In this document: in pieces, positions 9,301 through 23,444 of the stretch
How the letters are laid out: every line of letters starts with the position of its first letter
Numbering within the stretch: position 1 is the stretch's first letter
NCBI RefSeq assembly: GCF_006345805.1
Contig: NC_042999.1
Location: 73,470,001 to 73,534,000, forward strand
DNA length: 64,000 bases
Direction of reading: 5' to 3'
From: Octopus sinensis
Taxonomy: Eukaryota
The notes under the pieces: model-generated
Database searches by the model: none
What the model was told of the DNA's origin: nothing
The model's input: only the letters and a program-made list of their open reading frames with translations
Program-made: the position numbers and the translations under genes

Positions 9301-11770
9301 GAGAAGAGGGATGGCATATACATGTTTACAGGATCTTCACATTCAGGAGTTTAGGTATTTTAAAAGGAGACCTGAAAATGTGTATTGATTTTGAATAATC
9401 ATTGTAAGACATCTTCAAAATATACTTTTTCATGTCTGGAATGTCATAGAATGATTTATTAAACTATAGTTGCTTCTTTCATCTCTTTGATTGAGATTTA
9501 GTATTTTTAAGAACCATAGTCACCTGTATGGTTAATCAGGTAGTCCACAAAGGATTCATACCTAACAATTGGTGTAGCAGCATTGTAGTCAACTGTTACA
9601 AAAGCTTAGACAGAAATGATTACAGAGGAATCAAATTGCTAGAGCAGCTGATGAAACTCACAGAAATGGTCATAGCTTAATTAATTAGGAAGAGAGTTAG
9701 TGTAGATGAGATGCAGTCTGGATCTGTGCTAGGTAGGAGCACAACAATGCTATATATTCCTAGTTAGGCAACTGCAGAAGTATTTAGCCAAAAATAAACC
9801 TCTGTACCTGGCTTTTGCTGACATAGAGAAAATTTGTAACAGGGTTCCCTGCTCCTTTATCTAGTGGTCAATGCAGAAGCTAGGGAGAGACAAGTGGATA
9901 GTGAAAGCAGTACAAACCATGTACAGGGATGCTGCCAATAAGATGAAGGTTGGCAATAAGCATAACAATGAATTCAGTGTACAGATGGGAGTTCCCCAAG
10001 GTTCAGTTCTCAGCCCCCTCTTGTTTATCTTAGTCCTCCAGGCCTTAACAGAGGAATTCAAGACTGGCATCCCCTATGCTGATGACCTTGTTCTGATAGC
10101 TGAATCATTACCTGACCTAGAGAAGATATTTATTTTCAAAAATCATATCTGAGAAGGCAGGACAGAAAACTGCACTCATAAACTTTTTATTGCTTTAATA
10201 ATATGTCTAAATCAATTGCATTGCATTTACAATACTTAACCAAAAGATAAACTAGTGAAGGTACTTCTATGTAATTGCTTGATCTACAAGAAATAACAAA
10301 CAAATCTTCAAAGACAAGTCATCACACTGTGTCTCCAAGCAAAGTTCATAACTCTGCTGGCGTCAGTTTACCAGGTTGACAACAATAGGTTTGCTCCTCA
10401 TTTCATGGTTGAATGGAAAGCAATAACAAAGACAACCAATAGCCAAAATATTTCATCCAAAATTCAAAATATCAAATTTCAAAATTTGAGGAAGATAAAA
10501 ACCCATAGTAACAAGTAACTCACTGGATGGTTCTGTGGAAAACTTTTTCGTCCATCTCGGTGGTTTAGTGCCCGTTTCACGGTTAGCTTTGGTACATAAG
10601 ACACTGAGAATCTTTGGACAAACTACCACTCCTTTATAACCAGGAAGCTAAAAGTAAGGAAAGAAAATACAGTAAGTGACATTTTAAATAGAAATTCACT
10701 CATAATGACGTTTTTTCTTAATAAAATTACAAATTTTGTTATCAGTGAGCAATTACATTTACTTATTTTAAGATACAAACATATAAAAAAAGAGATGCAC
10801 ATACATTTATTTATATGCACATTCACACAGACATCCATACACATATATACATTCACATCATCATCATTTAATGTCTATGTTCTATGCTGACATGTGTTGG
10901 ATGGTTCAACAGGATCTGACAAGTCAAAGGACTGCTTTGAGCTCTAATGTCTGCTTTGGTATGGTTTCTAAAGCTGGATGCCCTTCCTAGTGCCAACCAT
11001 TTTACAGAATAAAATTTGACCGCTTCAGAGCTGACTGAGAAAAACAAGATCCTTCATTTCGTTCATAATAAAATTTAAACTCAGTAAGGCAAGATGATGA
11101 AGCAATCATTAATTATACAGTCCTGTAACAAATTTCAACAAGTGTCCCATATAAAATAACAGTGTTGCTCTTATTGCTTAACACCAAATCAGATCTGAAC
11201 CAAAAGACCTATGATCAAAGATAGTGACATCTCATTTTATTTTCTTTTACAGACACTGCACATTAGTAATTACATTATACAATGTATCCTTCCTTTTTAA
11301 ATATGGTTGAGTCTTGTGAGGGAAATTTGGTTCCTATTTTTAACATATTGAACGACCACATGCAGGATCCTCTCTTTGGTTGATGTTGAGAATGTTGTAG
11401 GCTGTAATAGAATGCTAATCAACCAACTATGTGTTCAGATCATGTAACTATCAGAGTTTCTGAGCTGATAATTAGTACTGAAGTACAAGTTACTGATAAC
11501 AATAATCCCTTATTGTTATTCTTTTACTGCTTTCAGTCACTGGACTGTAGCCATGCAAGATCTCTCCTCTGCCTTCAAAGGTTTTAATCCATCATTTCAA
11601 CACAGTATTTATTCCAACCAGGTACTTATTTTATCAAATCACTATTTTTGAATTGCTACCATTTTGGCACGAAGGGACACAACTCCACGCCAGGTTACAT
11701 AAGTAAACATCAAACCTAAAAATACACACACACAAACACATATTTGATTGTGCATGTGGATGCGAATGTG

Positions 11771-11849
<79 letters not shown>

Positions 11850-12307
11850 AGAAATGGCAGTAATTGTCAAAAACACATGAAACTGAACTCCAAAACTACC
11901 CCAGCTAGCATCAATCCATTTCAAAAAAGTTACCTTTTTCAGAAATATTCAAGAAAAATGTAAGGCATGCAAGATAGAACAACCATCATGTTGTCCACCA
12001 ACTCTTCCTTGCCATTTTTGCTGTGTGTGCATAATGATGATATGCACACACATGCATATGGCAGACTGCCACTCAGTTTCCATCAAAAAATTTTTATAAC
12101 AAGGAATTGGTGAACCTCAGTTTATAATAGAACAGTACTACTCAAAATTGTGGTCCACGGACAAGTGCCAGTCTGCAAGCCATCAGCTGCCAGTACCCGG
12201 CGAGTTTCCAGAAAAGAAACAAACATTATAAAATGCCTATGTAATATTCTATTATTTGTTTACAAAATAAATATAAGATAAAAAAATTGTTAACTTTTAT
12301 TACATTC

Positions 12308-12354
<47 letters not shown>

Positions 12355-15300
12355 TTATATAGTGTTTCCGGTATAAATTAATATTACTAATAAATATCAT
12401 TGGTCCCTGGCACACTGAAAACAAAAACTGCCGGTATGCCACATCAGATAGTTTGAGAAGCACTGTAATAGAAGACACTTATGCAAGGTGGCCAAGCATT
12501 GGAATAAAATCTGAACTCACATAGCAATAAAGAGAGCTTCTTAAGCTCAGAAGTGATGTGAATTTAAGTAAAATGCATGTTCTTAGCCTGTAATACTCAG
12601 CTTCAAACTAGAGTCACCTATTGTTGTGGCCTGATTTGCCATTGGATGTAGACTCTGGTTCTGATTCCATATATGTGATGGCCAGTATACAATTCAATAG
12701 CCCTTCGAATGTTTTGTGTAAGTGGCACCTGTGCTGGTGACACATAAAATGCACCCTTCAAACTTTGGGCCTCACAGAGGCAGTGACAAGTGACCAAGAC
12801 CTTTGGCAATATACCATGCCTGACAAGACCTGTCAAGCCAAGTGAGTTCATAGTCATGGCCGATGCCAGTGTTTCATAAGTGGCACCCATACCAGTGGCA
12901 CATAAAAAGCACCTACTACACTCTTGGAGTGGTTGGTATTAGGAAAGGTCATCCAGCTGTAGAAACCATGCCAAATCGGATTGGAACCTGGTGCAGCTCT
13001 CCAACTTACCAGTTTTCAGTCAATCCATCCAATCCATGCCAGCATGGAAAACAGACGTTAAAAAGATGATGACAATGATGATGATGATGATGATGAGTCA
13101 ACAGGCAAACCTCTATGCAGCTGATCAGTGCATAAAAAGCAATAACCAAATCTCCATTCAACCACATCTCATCAAACGTCATGACTAAACTATTTTCTTT
13201 CATTATAAATCGAACACTTCATATCTACATCAAACATTATTCAAGCCAAGGTGCTTCTATGTGGCCCCTTGATCTGTTAGAAGTAGTAGCCAAAGCTCTG
13301 TCAAACCTTAATATTTAAAAAAAAAAATAATGAAGACTACATTGGATAAGTTTAGTCCAAGAGAGACTATACCTGGAAAAAAGACAGGATAGTTGATCAG
13401 AGATGGAATGATTTTGATCATAGCTCTGCCCAATCAGAGTTGACTTTGAAACAACAGCAACAACATGCCATCTTCATACATTCATTACCCGCAGGACATA
13501 TTTCTTGGCTATGTGAGTGTTATCACACTTGGTGAACTTCTATGAGAATTGTGCTGATTAAGAACACTACATATCCAATGAAATAATACCAACCATCAAT
13601 TAACCCAGCATTATCAATTTAGCCATCAGTGTACTTCTTTCATATGTCCCATTATACAAGTAAATACATGTTACAGTTGACAAGCAATGCAAAGTTAGAG
13701 AGCAGCAACCATGACTGGCCCTTAGTTAACAATTTAGAAACCTATTTGCATATTAATTCAATACCATGGTAACAGCTCAAAGGAACAGTAAAACTATGTC
13801 ACTAAACAGATCAATAAAGATGACTAATGATAATAGCCTCCCAAATGGAAGAATGAGCATTAAGAAAAGTAGCCCAACAGAAAGACTCTGGAGGAAATGT
13901 TTATTGACAAGCTTATTACAGAACCTAACTAGTGATTTTGACAAGCAATAATCATGACTGGCTGTTGTAGCAGTTGCTGATTGAACAAACTTATATTCAA
14001 AGGTCTTCCAGTTGTGACCATCCAGTCTGTTTTGCATATCAGAGGCTATGTTATCCGACGTGTTTTTTTTTTCCCTTTTTGTCAGACAGTAAGATATCAT
14101 TTGAGGAAGACTGCTATTATATCTAGGAAATCATTGTGCTAAGTAAAATTTTAACCAACCTTGTCGACTAAACTGGTGTCTGGTATAGAAATAAAGTATT
14201 CATTTCATAAGAGAAAAGTGAAATTATGGTGACCATACCTTTACTATGGTACATAAAAAGCAGCATAAATGAAAGCAGTTTTTACACTTCAGTGCCTGCC
14301 ACAGACAAGCAGTTTTTTTATTATTAATAATAGAGTAATCAGTCTTGCTTGAAGGCTCAGTAATATGGTTGTAGTTCAGATTTAGAGGTTCGGTAGTTCA
14401 AACAACAGCCTAATGAGGAAGTATCTGAATGGTCACTTGACTCACAAAAAATAACAGTCAATTTTCCTTTTTAATTGATTTTATCTCAAAGAAGGGGCTG
14501 TATGCATTGGATTTCATAGACCCTCCAAGATTTGTGAGTCTGATTAGATTCACATTCCTCCTCTACCATCTTAATGACATATAATGGAGTACATTGTAGT
14601 TTTAGATGTTCTATACTTCAAAAAATGATGGGAGCATCACAGTTGAAAGACCATTGATTACAAATTTTTTGTGATCAGAGTAGTTCTGAGAGCTCAACAT
14701 TGTCAACATCATCATCATCATCATCACCGTCATATAGCATCCTCTTTCCATGCTAGCAGTTGACTATGATGCCAATACACCAATTGTTGGGTATGACTCC
14801 CTCGTGGATAACCTGATTAACTATACAGGTGACTTGGCCATATCCTACTACAATGTATATTTTAAGCATCTCAGTGGTGATACCTGGTGGGCTGGGGGCT
14901 TTCCATGTCTTCATATCTTTAATTGCCTTATCTACCAAGCTACTGTCAATTCAGATAGCTGGTCCCTCAGTTGAGTCAACATTTGGCAGACTCACCTTCT
15001 ATTCTTTCTCCATGTTTAGTAGCCTTCCATAATGGCATTTCCAAGCCTCTTTCTTTGCAGAATCATTAAATGCAAGTGAGCTATCATCCATGCAGACACA
15101 TTTCTCTCTTATGACATCATGATTTTCTCTCACATACTGTCTTACAATCCAAAACACTTCAAGTCTCTGGTCCTCATATCGCAGAAGATTGATGTGAATA
15201 ACTTATAAATGTTATGCATGCAAATAAGTATATAAATAGACACAGTTATAAATACATAACCAGATAGTTATAACAGCTAAGAGATATTTGGTGGAATAGT

Positions 15301-18300
15301 TAGTGTTGGAGGTGGATGAAGTAAAACAATAGTGGCTGCAGCTATTGAATACATTTCAGCAGCTGTTAGTTACCATCAAAAGTGTTTACTTTCCTGTGTA
15401 ATCAAACAAAAGGTATTTAAAAAGTGCACTGTTCTATGGCAATAAATCATGCACCGTAAATATAGACAAACAGAAGCAAATAAAAAGAAGTGAATTGAAT
15501 ATGTGCATATTAGTCAGTTACCAGCACATTCCAAATTCAGACTCACAGACATGCTGTCTCCTCTCTGTGATACAGTGGTCTCTGTTACTAAAAATGGGCT
15601 GGTTCTGTTACAATTCTACCCAGACACAACTGACTTACTCCACTCTTCTCTTCTCATCATCCCATACTGTATCCACTGACTACCTCCCAACTCAGGTCCT
15701 GCACTAATACTATTCCCAATTTGTTTTTCCCAAGAACTCACTGCTCTGAAACTCCCTCCCTGCTTATGTTTTTCCAGCAGTTGTTCAAGAACATAAAGTG
15801 CATCAATCTCACTCATTTCAGAAGGCAGTGGCAGCAGCATCACCACTGCCACTGTCATCATCTTCATCACTATCATCATTTAACGTCTAATTTTCCATGC
15901 TTGCAAGGATCAGACAGAATATGTTGTGGTAGATTTTATAAAAACAGAAGTCCTTACCGTCACCAACCCTCTCCTGTTTCCAGGCAAGGTATTTCCCCAT
16001 GGCCAAACATATTTTTATGAAAGATTGAAAATAAACAGCATCACTTGTATGACAACAATGCTCATTTACAACCATGTCAAATTAAAGGTACACTCAAACA
16101 TATAGATAACAGAAATATATATAATGAGGCTCTTTCAGTTCCCATTCATGCAAATGGTTTTACCAAATTCATTCACATGGTTTTGGTCAACCTGGAGCTG
16201 TCACTTGTCCAAGGTGCCATACAGTGGGAATGAACATGAGACCAATGGTTAAAAAGTAAGCTTCTTAACCACACAGCCATGTATGTGCCTATCATGGAAT
16301 AGGAAGGTATGCTAAGTGCATGGTGGTTCAGAAAATAATTGAATATTGAATACATTGGAAGATTAATGACATTTGGAAGGAGTACTTAGCTTGGTCTGGA
16401 GGAAAGGATTGTATCCATGACATTCATAGACTCTCCAAGATCAGTGGGATGGATGAAATTAATGTTCTTACTGAACAAAAGCAAGTCAACAGTTGCAAGA
16501 AGGGAAATCCATAGACTTCTGGTATTTTGAGGAAGAAGTACCTGTCATGCTAATATGATATATATTGTGTACAATAGTTAGTTTCAATTGGCAGTGAAAG
16601 GCAGCCTAGGCCCAATAACTATTATCAGGTGAAATAAACATCAGAGATGCTCTGCCCATGGAGAAACTGCAGGAGCTACTCAGAGATATAGTGAGCTCCT
16701 TTACTAAATCCATCAAAATGTCAGAAACCATTCCATGCCATCATCAGGTATCCCAAGGTCATGGATGAGGACAATGTTACAACAACATAGTATCATTGTG
16801 GTAACAATATTACAATAATTACAAGGTGGCGAGCTGGTAGAAACATTAGCACACCAGGTGAAGTGCTTAGCAGTATTTCATCTGTGAGCTGGCAGATTCG
16901 TTAGCACACCGGGCGAAATGCTTAGCAGTATTTCGTCTGCCGTTACGTTGTGAGTTCATATTCCACCGAGGTCGACTTTGCCTTTCATCCTTTCGGGGTC
17001 GATAAATTAAGTACCAGTTACACACTGGGGTCGATGTAATCGACTTAATCCCTTTGTCTGTCCTTGTTTGTTCACTCTATGTTTAGCCCCTTGTGGGTAC
17101 TAAAGAAATAGGTATTTCGTCTGTCTTTACATTCTGAGCTCAAATTTCACCAAGGTCGACTTTGCCTTTCATCCTTTCGAGGTTGATAAATTAAGTACCA
17201 GTTGTGTACTGGGGTCGATCTAATTGACTGCCCCCCCTCCCCGAAAATCTCAGGCCTTGTGTCTAGAGTAGAAAAGAATATTACAACAATGACAATGTTA
17301 AGAGCAATAAAGACAACACTTATAATGATATTATGAACATCATTATGAGACTATCTAAGTCAACACAACTTACAGTGATACTTTTGCCAGCTGGACACGA
17401 TGTCCACTTGGTGTCTCTAACACGAATGTCAATTTTGTGCCTTCCACGACATCGATATTCATAGCACATACCTTTCATTTCATATGCAGATGAAATCTGA
17501 AAAATAAAAAAATAAAAACTTAAATGCATAATTTGTTCTTTCTATAGCACTGGAACATCAACAAAGTTTGTCTCATTTGATTAGATGGTGCTATGACAAG
17601 AAAATATACGAAGGAGAGTCAGAAATTATACGCATTCTTGTTAAAAATCATAAGAGGGTCAGTAAAGACTTTGATTCTCATGCAGTTAACATGTAGACAA
17701 AATCAATTTGGTCAAACCTATTACTCTCCAACCTGTATTGATGGAAGGAATTGATCTCAGTACTTCAAGTTTACAAATCACTCATCAACTTGACCATACT
17801 ATCACTGCTTACAGCAATGAGTTGTTCCACCTTTTAGTACCTTTATACCAAGGTGGACTATGCCATTTTAGAAATAACTATATTAGTCATGACTATTATA
17901 ATGAATAACAGGAGAAAAAGCACTTAGTTTGGAACCCTATGAAGCCAGCTAGAACTTGGGCTCTCACAAGACATACATTCCTTATATAAAAATGAAGGAG
18001 ACTACGTGGTCCTTCAAACAGTTAGGTATAGCAGTCAAAACTTATCTTTCATTTTCCAGGGAAAGGACACATTAAATGACCTAGTCCAGAACACACTATA
18101 CTTGAACAAAAAGGTGAGTTGTTCATGGCTGGATGTCCTTGATTACAGGTCCCCAAAATCAGGGTTGACAACAACCCTAGATTGTAGATTCCTAGCTCAG
18201 GGTTAAATGACAACAATTTCAAATCTTTTTGCTTTCTGTCATTCAGCATATGAAATAAATAAACAGAAAAGTGGATACAGAAACTTTGAATTTACATACG

Positions 18301-21300
18301 TCAGAGGTGAGATTAGAGTAAAAGCATCGACTTCGATGTGAAAATATTTCTCCATAGGCCTTCAGTGATGTTTTGTCTGATATGGAACAGCGGTTCTGTT
18401 ATTAAAAAAAATAAACAGTTACATACAGTAGTTATTTCTGAAACAGATTTTAATAGTTCAACAAATATTAAAATTTTATTAAGTGTTAAAAGTTTGTTTG
18501 CAAATAAATACAAAACCTAACAAAAATATCAAGAAATGAAGATAATGATGCGATGAACATAAGAATATAAAGAAATAAACAAATATAAAAAAAAGAATTA
18601 TATAATAATTTTAGAAATATTTTACAAGTTAGTTCAAAAGGTCCTTTTGCATTTTAGACATATGACCTTGTGGTAAATGTTAGATTCACAATCTTTGGGT
18701 TAGGGAGTCAATTCTTGGGCCAGGCAACACAGTGTGTCCTGGAGCAAAGCACTTTATTTCATATTGCTTTAGTCCACTCAACTGAAAATAAATAGCAGCA
18801 CCAGCAGCAGCTGGAGTGGGGTTAAGACAATGAAAGGCTGGGGTCCCATTCAGAAGAGAGTCTCATACACTCAGGCCATGAAAATCAGGATACGCCACAA
18901 TCTAAGGGGCCTTTAGACTCAAAGACAGGCTTTAAATGCTAAAGGACTTCTTAATCACAGAAAGAGGTGTATCTAACTAAAATTTGCTTTCATTATTGGC
19001 ATGGACTGATGAGAGTTGTGATCAGAGCCAGTTCCATTTTCAGTTTATTACCCTCCTAGATGAGTCAGAAACCACATCATACATCCAATTTTTAGTATAG
19101 TCTCTGTGGTTAGATAACCTTCCTATCATCAACTACTTTATAGAATGTACTTGGAGCACCTGGACTAGAGTGGTTTGTCTTCCCCCCAGTAATTGTCCTT
19201 ACTCTTCACTATCTTGTCTCCACCCTATATTGCTTAGTCCCATTCTCCTTGCAGTATTTAGTCCCCTCTACATTATTCACACTTATTTTCTTCACACTAG
19301 AAGGAATGAAATGATAAGTCAATTCTAATAGGATTTGAACTCAAAAACATTTGAAGGAACTATCTTTTGATAATACATTTAATCCAGTGCCTTACCCACA
19401 TTTTGTATTATCTGATGATGTAAAAAATACAAGTTGGTTCTAAATTATAAAGCAAGGGTAGGTGTGCCAAGTGTGTGTGTGTGTTATTTATCACATCTTT
19501 TCATACTTTGTATCTATATGAAAGGTGAAGTGCACACATTCAGTTTCACATTACAAATAACTGAAATATATAAGCAGTTCCATATTTGGAACTTTCACTT
19601 TTCTGTCTGTGCACGTAGACAGCTTTATATTAATACACACTATAATGTATGTACATTGAAATTCTCATTATTATACAGTTCCCTGTATCTAAATACATAG
19701 TTTCACATCAATACACACTTCATGTTTATGTGTATACAATTTCACATAAATACATACATGTCTATGTGTATATTATCACCAGCATCATTATCAGTACTTT
19801 ACGTCCACTTTTCCATGCTGGTATATGTTGGATGGTTTTTCTGAGGCAGTGTTTTATAAGTGGATGCCCTTCCTGTCACCTACCCTTTTATATGTCTTAA
19901 AACATACAGAGATTTGCTGTACCTATTCTAAAATTAAGATATGCATGGTGTATAGTTTCACATTAATAAATACTTCCATGCTGTGTGTATACATACAGTC
20001 TCAAACTAATACACATGAATGAATCAAAAAGAAATGAACAAAAGACAAAATAATGGAAAATTTTTTGCAAAATAAGGAAGAAAACAAGATCCTACCTCAG
20101 CTTTACTTTGGAATATTCCACATGGTTCCAGGAAGATTCCACTTTGGCATGTAGCTTTATCTTTATGCAGGAAATGGCATCCTTCTTCACTGGAGCGATA
20201 AAAACAACTAATTAAGTACTGTACAGTAGGATTTCAAGCAGGCTGTTCAGTTTATAAAGATTACAAATTTGAACAGATTTATATACTATAATGAGATGCT
20301 TGTTCTGTTTTAAGCAGAGCCCTCCTTTAGAGAAAATTCTTTAATAACTGATATTTACCAATGGAAACCACTATCATTTACTTCTCACTCTGGTTTATAT
20401 TTGCTGTCCTGTTTATAGCCTTATATATATTGTTAATTATAATAATAATATGATTTACACAAAGCAAAGAACTTCAAGGTTGCTTAAATTTTGCAGTATC
20501 TTCAACACTATATCCCTCATAGCAAGACATAGCATGCCCTTAAAAAGATATATCATGTGTCAATTAACTTAGTATAAAAATAATTAGTTTTACTTAGAAC
20601 TAGGATTGATGTGAAACACTTAAGTGGGTAGCATTAGGAAGATAGATGTGAAAACAAAAATCTTTTTCTCTGACTATTCTCCATAAATTCATCTTTCTTT
20701 CCCTCTTTACATTTTCTTTGCCAACAACTTCCACAAACATCGAGACAATGATCAAAGGCATCCAGCTGTGACCATCCAATGGTTTTTAGGCACTAGAGTC
20801 TGATTTAAGGAAGATTTGGCTGTTACTTCTATACTCTTGAGCAACCATATAGAGCCTCCTTCACTGACATTTAAAGAATGTAAGGATATCATTCTACAAG
20901 TTTGGCAGAACAACAGAATGTAAAGTTATAAATCACTGGATATACATCTTAAAACAATAATTTAAAGAATAGGAAGGTAATCACCTGCCAGAACAGAAGA
21001 ACTCTGTGTCATTTACACAGGTTTCAGCAAGACCAAACTTACAACCTGCACCTGAAATACAGAAATATAGATCAAAATTATATCTTAGCAGAATTATGGC
21101 AAAGAAGAAAATTATGAACAAGAAGTATATATCACATGAAAGTTATAGCAAAGGAATTCATGTATACAAGTTGCTTTAGCCTAGTAATTACTCTGAAGTT
21201 GCAGTGCCAACATATCCCTAGCCAAGAGAGTAGAAAAGATAACAGACATGGTGAGGAAGAATAAAATAGTTATGATGTTTAGAACAATGGTAGACAACAC

Positions 21301-23379
21301 AGCAACAAACATAAAACCCACAGGAAGGATTTGGAATACATGTGGTTGGTATTAGGAAGGGCATCCAGCTGTGAAGACCCTGCCAGAACAGACACAGTAG
21401 CCTGGGGTAGTTTTCTACCTAGCCAGCTCCTGTCAACCACCCATGTGCGCATGGAAAACAGATGTTAAACAAATCTGCCTGGACTTGTGCCTTGGAGGGG
21501 GAACTTTCTAAATGAATCTCATGGTCATTCATGACTGAAGGGAGTCTTTACCCTTAACCCTTTCCACTTTTATACACAGCCATGTTGTTGTTGTTGTCAT
21601 TGTCATTTGATGTTCACTTTTCCATGCTTGCATGGACCGGATGGAATTTGAAGAGGAAGAATTCAACAGCCGGATAACCTTCATCAAACCTCACCTGTTT
21701 CCAAGCAAAGTAACTTTCCTCTTGGCTAGATGTGTTCTTGCTTGTATGACAGTGACAATCATTTGCAACTATCATGCTATGTCAAGACAAGGAAACAGAC
21801 ACACACACACTCACATACACATATACATATATACAACAGGCTTCTTTCAGTTTCTGTCTACCAAATGTACTCACAAGGCTTTGGTTAGCCTGTAGCTATA
21901 GTAAAAGACACTTGTCCAAGTTGCTACACAGTAGGACTGAACCCAGAACCATGCAGTGGGGAAGCAAACTTCTTACCACTCAGCCATACCTGCAATCTTG
22001 GCAATGATATTCAATAACTGGTGGGGAAATATAGATAGGGAGTGGCAGAAAATGATGACACACAAAAGGATAAATGCCCAATAAAATTTAAAGTAATTAC
22101 CTTTTCCCCAGAGGAATTTATCTGAGGCAGCATAATTAACCTTGTACCATCCACTGGATTCAAAAACAGCTAGTGTGATTGGATCAATAACAGTCTGGTG
22201 AGACTAGAGAGGAAAACAAAGATAATATAAAAAGTAAGTTAGTCTAGTTATGAAATATATAAATGTTAATATTGAAAGTTCGAACAACTCATCAACAAAT
22301 ATTTGATTAGTCAAATTATTATTTGTTGCTCTTTCTTTTTAATATAATTACTCAAGTTTTTCCTTACTAGTGTAAACCCAATTAAATGAAAGACAATTCC
22401 CATCATGCTAAATTTATGGTACCATTTTGATATTTGGTTAAACTATTTCACTTCAGTTGAATGTGTAACAAGCCAAGGGATTTCAAATTAACGATGTAAC
22501 TTGAGTTAAAAAGGGAATTTGAACTGATGAGAGAGTCTGAATCAATGAGAGAGCTTGAAACAATGAGGGAGTCAATGAGAGAGTTTGAGTCAATGAGAGA
22601 GTTTGAGTCAATGAGAGAGTTTGAGTTAATGAGAGAGTTTGAATTAAGGAGGGAGAATGAGTAGATGAGGGAACTTAAGACAATAAGTGAGCTAGAAAAT
22701 AGTAATTAAAATTCTATCAAGCTATCTTACAAAAAATGAAGGACACATTGGATACATAATGTCTGAACAATGAATAGGTTGGTCCTACTTTGACCATAGT
22801 TCAACTGAGTCTGGGATGACCTGGAACTAAAAACAGGTAAGTTTGATTATAGTGAATAATCATGAGATGAATAGGTTCCAAATTAACTAGTTCCCAATTT
22901 AACTATCTGTGACTGATAGCCTTAACAAGTTAACAACTGCTTGTCCTGCAATAAATAGCAGTTAACTCTCCTTCAAATCACACACAACTGTCAAATAATG
23001 TAGTTCTCTTTACACTTGAAGAGAAAATCAAGAATGGTTGCAACTAGAGCACTTTTGATCATATCTACTTGATTCAGGACGAAGTTAGTCAAAAGAGCAA
23101 CAAAGCTATCAACACTATCACCAAATATTCCTCAAAATTACATCCTACTGCCTTAAAAACAAGGATACACTATACATGAAATGATACACTAGACATGAAA
23201 AAGACAGAATGCTTACAGTTGAGACTCCTTTGATCATACATCTGCTTAACCAAGGCTGATTAGAGGCTAAACAATAACAGATTCAGTCTCTCTATTCAGT
23301 TTGGTATCAGTGAGTCCTGTTTTATTTTCATAGAGTATATCATAAAACAGGAGTAACTAGTAAAATAGATCATTTATAT

Positions 23380-23412
<33 letters not shown>

Positions 23413-23413
23413 C

Positions 23414-23444
<31 letters not shown>

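Noticed and set aside
13489-13540. Possible small exon KFTKCDNTHIAKKYVLR
   Set aside because: Not needed for the frame and interrupts a conserved junction; no homology support
13777-14100. Hydrophobic 107-aa minus-strand ORF inside intron 13
   Set aside because: Exons 13 and 14 join in phase 0 without it (SIT|LPGY matches the family); no known motif
22523-22580. CTGATGA...GAAAC...GTC hammerhead-like string
   Set aside because: Lies in an 18-bp minisatellite; helices I and II do not form
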